Of a DNA stretch of 32,000 nt, positions 1 to 6,402 are shown piece after piece; the first letter of the stretch is position 1, and each line of letters begins with the position of its first letter. The stretch lies in the NCBI RefSeq assembly GCF_000193735.1, contig NZ_AEPF01000080.1, forward strand, positions 1 through 32,000. The letters run 5' to 3'. The notes under the pieces were generated by a model. That model was not told where the DNA came from, did no database searches, and was given only the letters and a program-made list of their open reading frames with translations. Both the position numbers and the translations under genes were made by a program. The stretch comes from Neisseria sicca 4320 (GTDB lineage: Bacteria > Pseudomonadota > Gammaproteobacteria > Burkholderiales > Neisseriaceae).

Positions 1-317
1 CGCCTGCTGCCGCCTAAAAGGCGGCCCGGATGCCTGATTATGGGGCCTCCGGGGAGGATTAAGGGGACATTTGGGTGAAATTAGGCGCAATTAGGGGCGA
101 AAACAGCCGAAAAACTGTGTTGGGGTTCCGGTTGTCGGGGGAAGGGCTTTTTTGCAAAGGTCTCAGGTTGGATTTTATTCGGAGTAATGGCAGCGGTGTA
201 TTTCGTATCCGTCCTAAAAAGGGTCTTGAGATGATGGATTTCTATTTTTACTTGGGACTGGCAGTACCGGTTTTGATAGGGGCGATTTTATTCAAGGATT
301 GATACCCGATTAGGATA

Positions 318-683
318 ATGGCAAAATCCCGACTTTCTGCAACCGTTACGAAAGTTAGGATTATGTTTTACATTTCAGATGAAGAATTGAGATTCAAAAA
401 AGATACGAATCCAGATTTTGCAAATGAAAAATTGTGTCATGTGTTTATGACTGAATTATTCAATTTGAAAAATTTGTATCCATTCCATAATTTTATTGAG
501 ATTGCAAAAAACGCAATGCAATATTATTTGAACAGAAGTTACTTAGATGAATTAATTGTATTTTTTGAAGATTGTTCAATTCTGAAAGTGAATTTCACAA
601 AAGATGGGTTTGAGTGGTCTGAACATTATGATGAAGATATTACAACGGCTTTTTATTACGGTCGTTATGCTTTTAGGGGTTAA
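318..683 (+). CDS. hypothetical prophage-borne protein (AT-rich cargo ORF, no family recognised)
   Basis: A 366-nt open frame in DNA of about 27% GC (I counted 16/60 G+C in 361-420). Stop codons are frequent at that composition, so the frame is unlikely to be open by chance. The protein is acidic with no signal peptide or TM segment. An alternative start is M16 at 363. It overlaps the next gene by 56 nt. Confidence 0.4.
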   Translation: MAKSRLSATVTKVRIMFYISDEELRFKKDTNPDFANEKLCHVFMTELFNLKNLYPFHNFIEIAKNAMQYYLNRSYLDELIVFFEDCSILKVNFTKDGFEWSEHYDEDITTAFYYGRYAFRG

Positions 684-1098
684 TTTTTCGTTCGCTGATG
701 TGGATATACACGTTGAAAAAAATGGTCGTATGCGTGTACCAGCTGGCGGATTTAATCAGAATGGGATACGCCCTTGGATGTATCTTGATAATAATGGACC
801 TAAGTTTCATCATGAATATGTTTCAAGATTCGACAAATCACTTCACGTCCGCGAAGCCTCCACAGGCCTCCGCTCCGCCTCAACTATCCCTGTAACAGTA
901 GAAAGCCGCGTCTCCAAATCCACAGTCTTCAGAAACCTGCTCGCACGTGCAAGGGTCGGCGGCAAATACGCCGTCCAACGCGCCGCGGGCAAACTCGGTG
1001 CAGGTCTTTTAGGCGGTCCCGCCGGGTGGGCAATAACCGCGGCTTTAACCGCCTATGACCTTGCATCACCAATAGCGGCAAGCGAAGGCTATTACTAG
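628..1098 (+). CDS. secreted N-terminal segment of a pIII/TspB-like phage adsorption protein, ending at an in-frame TAG
   Basis: From ATG 628 the signal peptide is MMKILQRLFITVVMLLGVNFSFA|DV (the ORF track opens at 604). The C-terminus is Gly/Ala-rich. The stop TAG at 1096-1098 is in the same frame as ORF 1195..2247, and no other stop lies between them. Confidence 0.5.
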   Translation: MMKILQRLFITVVMLLGVNFSFADVDIHVEKNGRMRVPAGGFNQNGIRPWMYLDNNGPKFHHEYVSRFDKSLHVREASTGLRSASTIPVTVESRVSKSTVFRNLLARARVGGKYAVQRAAGKLGAGLLGGPAGWAITAALTAYDLASPIAASEGYY

Positions 1099-1194
1099 GA
1101 TGACAAATATCAGGATTTTGTAAAACCAAAAACCTTCGTATATTGCGTCGCAACATCTGGACTTTGTGCCGATCAAAGGGTTCAAGAAACGGTC

Positions 1195-2247
1195 ATGAAT
1201 CCCGATGCCGTATATGCCGATATGGAGTCAAATCCATCAGATGCCGAAATCAATAAAAAGCTGTGTTCTAAGCTGGATGCCAATCATTTTAATTTTGAAT
1301 ATCCCGACCGATTTAGTAAACAGAACACATATTTTAACGGTAAAAGTCGAATATGCGTTGTTGAATTCAATGTTTTGAGAGCGGTTGGGACTCTATCTGA
1401 GGGGGATACGGCAATGTCGGAAACACGTTGGCTGGAACGCGTCCCAAAAGAAAAAGAACCCATACCGCAAAGCGTATTTGATAAAGCCGTCCAGCCATCC
1501 GCCGATGCCAGCCCGTCAAAATATGTTGGCGCAACTGCCAATCAAGACGGCAGTGTACTAGGCGAATCGCAAGGCAATCCAACCGTATCGAATGGAACAG
1601 TCATCACACTTGGTCCCGCAACAGGTCCGGACGGAAAGCCTGTACAAGTAACGATAACTTTTAATACCCCATCTGGCGGCAATAAATCGGCAGACGTAAA
1701 AGTAACCCTGCGTCCCGACCTCACACCGGGCAGTCCTGCCGCTCCGAATTACACGCCTGCTCCCGTCCCTCCGCCTGCAACAACCCCTACAACAACACCG
1801 GGCGATAATGGCAAACCCGATGGAAAGCCGAATGAAACACCTGAAGACAATCCGAAGGACAACCCTAAACCCGACCCTGACGGTAAAGACGACCCAAAAC
1901 CCGACGACAAGCCTAAAGAGGATGACAAGCCTAAAGAAAGCGGCGGTTTGTTGTGTGAAGTATTTCCCAACATCTTGGCATGCGACAAAATGGGTAAGCC
2001 CGAAGAAGGTATGTTTGACAGCATTAAAATACCCCACATAACTGATGAAACCACGTGGAATACTGACAACTTCCTACCGCCAAACGGCGTTTGTCCTCAA
2101 CCCAAAAGCTTCAACATTTGGGGCAGACCGGTACAAATCAGCTACGAACCGCTCTGCGTATTTATGCAAAATATCCGTTTTGCTGTTTTACTCGGATTCA
2201 TTATCATGTCCGCCTTTATCGTTTTCGGCTCTTTAAGAAAGGGATAA
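1195..2247 (+). CDS. pIII/TspB-like phage adsorption (minor coat) protein, C-terminal part
   Basis: A long Pro/Lys/Asp-rich linker (PAPVPPPATTPTTTPGDNGKPDGKPNETPEDNPKDNPKPDPDGKDDPKPDDKPKEDDKPKE) is followed by a Cys-containing domain and a C-terminal membrane anchor (FAVLLGFIIMSAFIVFGSLRKG). It sits directly upstream of the pVI-like and Zot-like genes, as ORF6/TspB does in meningococcal Nf/MDA phages. Confidence 0.6.
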   Translation: MNPDAVYADMESNPSDAEINKKLCSKLDANHFNFEYPDRFSKQNTYFNGKSRICVVEFNVLRAVGTLSEGDTAMSETRWLERVPKEKEPIPQSVFDKAVQPSADASPSKYVGATANQDGSVLGESQGNPTVSNGTVITLGPATGPDGKPVQVTITFNTPSGGNKSADVKVTLRPDLTPGSPAAPNYTPAPVPPPATTPTTTPGDNGKPDGKPNETPEDNPKDNPKPDPDGKDDPKPDDKPKEDDKPKESGGLLCEVFPNILACDKMGKPEEGMFDSIKIPHITDETTWNTDNFLPPNGVCPQPKSFNIWGRPVQISYEPLCVFMQNIRFAVLLGFIIMSAFIVFGSLRKG

Positions 2248-2251
2248 TAAT

Positions 2252-2545
2252 ATGCCACTGCTCGCCGGATTGATTCCTCTTTTGGGAATCCTGTTAAAAA
2301 TGCTGATTGTCCGCATGATTATTGCCACCGGCTTAACTTTTGTTACATACGCCGGTTATGTAATCGCATTGGGTAAATTCAAGGAATACACCTTAAATGC
2401 TTTTAACTCCATGCCATCTGATATTCTCAATTTGCTGTTAATTGGTGGTTTTGGCGAAGGTTTGGGTTATTTGTTTGGCGCATTCTCTTTTTATATCGGC
2501 ATGGCTGCCTTGAATAAATTGACTTTCGTTTCTCCCGCGGGGTAA
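2252..2545 (+). CDS. small multi-TM phage protein, pVI-like minor coat protein (DUF2523-like)
   Basis: A 97-aa protein with three hydrophobic segments, tightly packed between the pIII-like gene (4-nt gap) and the Zot-like gene (3-nt gap). This is the canonical inovirus position. Confidence 0.6.
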   Translation: MPLLAGLIPLLGILLKMLIVRMIIATGLTFVTYAGYVIALGKFKEYTLNAFNSMPSDILNLLLIGGFGEGLGYLFGAFSFYIGMAALNKLTFVSPAG

Positions 2546-2548
2546 TTC

Positions 2549-3724
2549 ATGATTTATCTTTTCACCGGCAACATGGGCACGGGCAAGACTTCGCGAGTAG
2601 TGTCCATGATTCTGAACAACGAAGACGGTTTGTTTAAGATGAAGCTTGAAGATGGTACTGAAGTAGATCGCCCGCTTTACTTCTGCCATATCGACGGCTT
2701 GGATAAACGTAAATTTAACGCGCATGAAATTACTGAAGAAGAAATCATGTCTGCACCGTTGCGCGATATTATTCCGCAAGGCGCCGTCTTGATTGTTGAT
2801 GAAGCACACTATACCTATCCTGTGCGCGCATCAGGTCGCCCCGTTCCTCCCTATATCCAAGAATTAACCGAACTGCGCCACCACGGCCATACGGTTATCT
2901 TGATGACCCAGCACCCAAGTCAGCTTGACGTATTTGTACGCAATCTCGTGTCAAAACATACCCATCTTGTACGTAAAGCCGTGGGTATGAAGCAGTATTC
3001 TTGGTATAACTGTGTTACGAACCTTGATAATCCCGCCGGTGTTGCAGGCGTTGAATCTTCAAGTTGGAAGCCTCCAAAAGAAGCTTTTAAATATTACAAA
3101 TCCTCAAGTCAGCATCAGAAGTTTAAAAAGAATATTCCGCTTGCTGTTTGGGCTTTGATAGGTATATTTGCTTTCATGGCTTGGAAAGGCTACAACGTTT
3201 ATCAGATCTATCAGCAAGGCATTGGCCAACAAGAACAGGTTGAACAACAGGAAGCAGCCGCCAGTCAGCCGCAAATGGTGTTACCAACGGAATTAAACGA
3301 TCAAACGGCCAAAATTGATAACAGCCTAAACCCGACAGACTTTATCCCCACGTTGGCAGAAAAACCCGAATCCAAACCGCTTTACGACAGCGTGCGCCAA
3401 GTTAAAACCTTTGAACGCTTGGCCGCTTGCATAGATGGCGGTAAAAGTGGTTGTACCTGTTATAGCGACCAAGGCACGGCTTTGAAAGAAGTGACTAAGG
3501 CAATGTGTAAAGACTATGTCAAAAACGGCATGCCGTTTAATCCTTACAAAGACCCAAGCCCGACAGCACAGGCAGCGCCTGCACCGCAAAGCCTGCCAGC
3601 AACGACAGAATCAAACCAAATACTGACAATGGGCGGCAAATCGCCACAGAATTTGATGTATGACGGCTATGTCGAAGCAGGAGCGCAATTCCAACAGCGC
3701 GGCGGTATTGTTGGCACTAATTAA
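2549..3724 (+). CDS. Zot-like / pI-type filamentous phage assembly ATPase
   Basis: Walker A GNMGTGKT at residues 7-14 and Walker B LIVDEAH. A single central TM segment (IPLAVWALIGIFAFMAWKGY) is followed by a Cys-containing periplasmic C-terminal domain. This matches the Zot (PF05707-type) architecture. Confidence 0.85.
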   Translation: MIYLFTGNMGTGKTSRVVSMILNNEDGLFKMKLEDGTEVDRPLYFCHIDGLDKRKFNAHEITEEEIMSAPLRDIIPQGAVLIVDEAHYTYPVRASGRPVPPYIQELTELRHHGHTVILMTQHPSQLDVFVRNLVSKHTHLVRKAVGMKQYSWYNCVTNLDNPAGVAGVESSSWKPPKEAFKYYKSSSQHQKFKKNIPLAVWALIGIFAFMAWKGYNVYQIYQQGIGQQEQVEQQEAAASQPQMVLPTELNDQTAKIDNSLNPTDFIPTLAEKPESKPLYDSVRQVKTFERLAACIDGGKSGCTCYSDQGTALKEVTKAMCKDYVKNGMPFNPYKDPSPTAQAAPAPQSLPATTESNQILTMGGKSPQNLMYDGYVEAGAQFQQRGGIVGTN

Positions 3725-3728
3725 TTGA

Positions 3729-3788
3729 GCTGCTTTTTACCGTGTTGATGAAGCCCTAAAAGGCGTAATCAACACGGTAAAAAGCAGC
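3729..3788. repeat. perfect 21-bp inverted repeat with an 18-nt loop, just after the Zot stop codon
   Basis: GCTGCTTTTTACCGTGTTGAT (3729-3749) is the exact reverse complement of ATCAACACGGTAAAAAGCAGC (3768-3788). Confidence 0.9.
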
Positions 3789-3840
3789 CATGGGGTGCGG
3801 GAACTCCCGCCTTTTTGATTTCATCAAAATGCCAAATCTA

Positions 3841-3877
3841 AACCTGTAAGCCCTTTGATTCAGACGGCTTACAGGTT
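3841..3877. repeat. perfect 12-bp stem hairpin carrying a GCCGTCTGAA-type DUS core in its loop and 3' arm
   Basis: AACCTGTAAGCC (3841-3852) pairs with GGCTTACAGGTT (3866-3877). TTCAGACGGC lies at 3859-3868. Confidence 0.85.
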
Positions 3878-3897
3878 CGGATTAGCTACCCGAACCG

Positions 3898-3965
3898 AAA
3901 AACGCCCATCTTGAAACGGCCTAAGTCATCAGACTGTAGAAAAGATGAAGAGGGCGTTTTTTTGT
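3898..3965 (+). terminator. imperfect long hairpin ending in GGGCG plus a T-run; possible terminator upstream of the recombinase gene
   Basis: AAAAACGCCCATCTT (3898-3912) pairs with AAGAT..GGGCGTTTTT (3942-3961), followed by more T residues. The loop is large, so terminator function is uncertain. Confidence 0.3.
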
Positions 3966-4029
3966 TGTCTGAAAATTGAGTAGCATCAAAGAACACACAA
4001 AAGTGTGAATCTGCATAGTAAGGGAAATT

Positions 4030-4992
4030 ATGAGAAACGCTGTCGGTTTGGATATATCGCAAAACACCTTTGATGCTGCCGCTATTGTCAACGGTCAACG
4101 TAAGCAAGCCCTGTTTGACAACAGCATCAACGGCTTTGAAAACTTTAAAGCCTGGCTTGACGGTTTTGACTGTGAATTGCATATCTGCATGGAAGCAACC
4201 GGCAATTACTTTGAAGACGTTGCCGACTATATCGGCCAGTTTTACACCGTTTCCGTTATTAACCCTTACAAAATCAGCGAATACGGCAAAAGCCGCTTTC
4301 ACCGCACAAAAACAGACAAACAAGATGCAAGGCTTATTGCCGAATATTGCCATACGGCCATGCCCAAAGACTTACCCGCTCGGCAAAAAATAAGCATCGG
4401 TCACTACCGCTTGAAACGCTTATTGGCTCTGTACGAACAGCTCAAAACCCAAAAGACCGCACAAAAGAACAGGCTGAAAGTCGCTAAAGACGAATTTGTT
4501 CGAAAAATCCATCAAGCTCAAATCCAAGAATTGGATCAACACATTCAGCAAGCCGAAGCAGAAATACAGGCAATCACGAACGGCAATCAAGATTTGAAAA
4601 CCGTTTCAGAAGGCCTGCAAACCATTCCGGCCATTGGTAAACTGACAGCGGCCATACTCACAAACTATTTGCTTAGCGGCGACTTTAAAACCGCCAATCA
4701 ATTCACCGCCTTTGCCGGCTTGAATCCACAACAAAAAGAATCGGGAACCAGCGTCAAAGGTCGTTCAAGCATGACACGTTACGGAAACAGACGGCTAAAA
4801 GCCGCCCTGTTTATGCCTGCTATGGTTGCACTCAACAGGGATTACTTTCATGATTTTGTCAAACGCCTGAAAGCCAAAAACAAACCCAAGATGCTGATAT
4901 TGGGTGCTCTAATGCGTAAGCTGCTTGTCGTTGCTTACCACGTTTACAAAACACAAAAACCTTACAATCCTGAACGCTACAAACCTGCATAG
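4030..4992 (+). CDS. IS110-family (Piv/MooV, DEDD-type) transposase/recombinase
   Basis: The N-terminal motifs are GLDISQNTF, ICMEATGNYF, VSVINPYKISEYGKSRFHRTKTDKQDARLIAEY. The C-terminal motifs are LQTIPAIGKLTAAIL, FTAFAGLNPQQKESGTSVKGRSSMTRYGNRRLKAALFMPA. These are the classic IS110 DEDD and helix-hairpin-helix signatures. The position matches the pivNM/irg-type recombinase at the end of Nf prophages. Confidence 0.9.
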   Translation: MRNAVGLDISQNTFDAAAIVNGQRKQALFDNSINGFENFKAWLDGFDCELHICMEATGNYFEDVADYIGQFYTVSVINPYKISEYGKSRFHRTKTDKQDARLIAEYCHTAMPKDLPARQKISIGHYRLKRLLALYEQLKTQKTAQKNRLKVAKDEFVRKIHQAQIQELDQHIQQAEAEIQAITNGNQDLKTVSEGLQTIPAIGKLTAAILTNYLLSGDFKTANQFTAFAGLNPQQKESGTSVKGRSSMTRYGNRRLKAALFMPAMVALNRDYFHDFVKRLKAKNKPKMLILGALMRKLLVVAYHVYKTQKPYNPERYKPA

Positions 4993-5174
4993 TGTTTGTA
5001 CAAAATAACAAAGCTGTTTTTGTCTGATTGTCAAGCAATAACAGCTTAAAACGCTTGCGTCATGAGGAAATAATCAAAATAAATATAACGATAAATCAAT
5101 ATGATATAGAAATTCCTCGAAATAGGGCTAGACGGTTAAAGTAGCATCTTTTCTCATGCATACCATATCCCCCC

Positions 5175-5201
5175 AAAAAAACAGGCCGCTAAAAGCGACC
5201 T
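5175..5201 (-). terminator. Rho-independent terminator of the isochorismatase-fold gene
   Basis: On the minus strand the sequence reads AGGTCGCT-TTT-AGCGGCCT (8-bp stem with one G-U pair) followed by T7. It lies 36 nt after the stop codon. Confidence 0.6.
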
Positions 5202-5236
5202 GAAAAACTCTTGCAGCTGGGAGTGATAGCAAGAGG

Positions 5237-5890
5237 TTACGACACTTTAAACCAAGCTTCGTTAGCATAACGGAGCATTTGTTCAGGAATCTCTTCAGCG
5301 TTACTGACAACAGAGATACCGGATTTACGCATTTTATAGACAGCCTGAATGGTGCTTTCAGGTGCATAACCGTGGCAGGCGGCAAGATTGACGATAATGT
5401 GCAGGCTGTCGTTGTACCACAGTAATTGTTCGGCGGTGCGGCTGATTGCTTCTTCCGTTGCCAAACCGCCGATAATGACGGTATCGGCTTTTTGTGCATA
5501 AAGCCATTCAATCAAACCGGTACTGCGGGCTTCGTTATCATCATGGAAGCATGCGCCAAAACCATTCTCCCCGCCCAATTCGATTACATGATCATAATCA
5601 GCAGATGCGGGCAAACCATCCAGCAAATTTGCACCGCGGCAACCACCCGCACACTGGCTGAAATAACCGCCTTCCCGCGCAAACATAATTCCGTTGCGTT
5701 TAACGACTGCGGCGCAAACACTCTCCGGATCGATATTGACGTTTTCGACCAAAATACGTTTGTCTGCAATAGACGCATTGCGGTTTAATTCTTTAATCAT
5801 GTTGTCCGGCTGATGCAGGAAATGATTGGCGTTGGCTGCCATGCAGGTAAAGCGGAATTGGGGTTGAATATCGATAGCGACAGTCGTCAT
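5237..5890 (-). CDS. isochorismatase/nicotinamidase-fold protein, apparently lacking the catalytic Lys and Cys
   Basis: VAIDIQPQF resembles the VDxQNDF motif. HVIELGGENGFGACFHDD...TGLIEWLYAQKADTVIIGGLATEEAISRTAEQ resembles the 'KG...YSAF...T.L..L...V.V.GLATDYCV' block. I chose the start at 5890 (MTTVAIDIQ) because a GGAG lies 7 nt upstream; the ORF track opens at 5905. Confidence 0.6.
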   Translation of the reverse strand: MTTVAIDIQPQFRFTCMAANANHFLHQPDNMIKELNRNASIADKRILVENVNIDPESVCAAVVKRNGIMFAREGGYFSQCAGGCRGANLLDGLPASADYDHVIELGGENGFGACFHDDNEARSTGLIEWLYAQKADTVIIGGLATEEAISRTAEQLLWYNDSLHIIVNLAACHGYAPESTIQAVYKMRKSGISVVSNAEEIPEQMLRYANEAWFKVS

Positions 5891-5946
5891 GATGTGGCTC
5901 CACAAAAATCCGGATAAATCCGGAACATTACCTTAGACAAATGGTT

Positions 5947-6002
5947 ATTATCCAAGATAATCGGTGTATTTATGATGAACGGTATATTATCAGGATAATC
6001 GG
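5947..6002. promoter_or_regulatory. two operator-like palindromes, ATTATC-N3-GATAAT-CGG and ATTATC-N2-GATAAT-CGG, upstream of the isochorismatase-fold gene
   Basis: ATTATCCAAGATAATCGG lies at 5947-5964 and ATTATCAGGATAATCGG at 5986-6002, 57-112 nt upstream of ATG 5890. The half-sites are the Fur-box hexamer GATAAT and its complement. Confidence 0.3.
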
Positions 6003-6343
6003 CAAACCGCTAGAAATATTTAACAATTAGTAACAATTTATACCGCAAATATCTATTTTGTAGAATTCACTTTCAGAAATTTCACAATGAATATCAACTC
6101 AATAAGCATAAATATTTGAAAATTATTTCTGTTTAATTCTCCTTATTATCTCTTTCCCGGCTTTTACCCTAAATAAAATGTGGTTAAAAAACAACAACAC
6201 GAGACGAATATAGTTATTTTTTGGCTTAATAAACCTTTCCATATGTTTTTACCGAGACTTCTTGCCAAAACAGATTAAAACGCAACACATAGACAAACGG
6301 CAGTCATTCCACCTTAGACCTACAAATCCAAAACCACAAATAC

Positions 6344-6389
6344 AAAAAGGTCGTTTGAAACCTTAAATCTCAGTTTCAGACGACCTTTA
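6344..6389 (-). terminator. inverted DUS pair (one arm degenerate) forming the terminator hairpin of the 653-aa gene
   Basis: AAAGGTCGTTTGAAAC pairs with GTTTCAGACGACCTTT, 14 nt beyond the stop codon at 6403. Confidence 0.6.
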
Positions 6390-6402
6390 ATCAGCTTTAA
6401 AA

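Larger units (their letters stand above)
1..5130 (+). mobile_element. 3' portion of an integrated Nf/MDA-type filamentous (inovirus) prophage, cut by the window edge; right boundary approximate
   Basis: Gene order is pIII/TspB-like, then pVI-like (DUF2523-like), then Zot/pI P-loop ATPase, then an IS110/Piv-type recombinase, all on the + strand. No secretin gene is present. There is no host-dialect DUS in 1-5200, against roughly one per 0.5 kb beyond 10 kb. Confidence 0.7.

Noticed and set aside
13-23. The 11-mer CCTAAAAGGCG is shared between a small hairpin at the window start (GCCGCC-TAAAA-GGCGGC, 10-26) and the loop of the 21-bp hairpin (3755-3765)
   Set aside because: It is unlikely by chance (about 0.01 expected), but I cannot tell whether it marks a recombination or packaging motif or just similar tetra-A loop terminators. 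I did not develop it into a claim.
75-302. A GTG-start 75-aa ORF at the left edge of the prophage
   Set aside because: Only its last 23 codons (MMDFYFYLGLAVPVLIGAILFKD, from ATG 231) resemble a small hydrophobic pVII/pIX-type phage protein. The rest is Gly/Arg-rich with no RBS evidence. It is too uncertain to list as a feature.
3886-4353. A 155-aa minus-strand ORF and a 107-aa + ORF (4070..4393) overlapping the IS110 recombinase start
   Set aside because: They overlap a gene with clear family motifs, and no supporting signals were found.
5112-5127. ATTCCTCGAAATAGGG, considered as a dRS3-like (ATTCCC-N8-GGGAAT) phage attachment site at the right prophage border
   Set aside because: It is only a partial match (ATTCCt...GGGct). 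The left junction is outside the window, so no direct-repeat comparison is possible. I kept it only as a rough guide for the right boundary.
5169-5181. A C6-A7 homopolymer run, considered as a phase-variation tract
   Set aside because: It is intergenic, forms part of the terminator A/T flank, and its tracts are too short for typical Neisseria phase variation.
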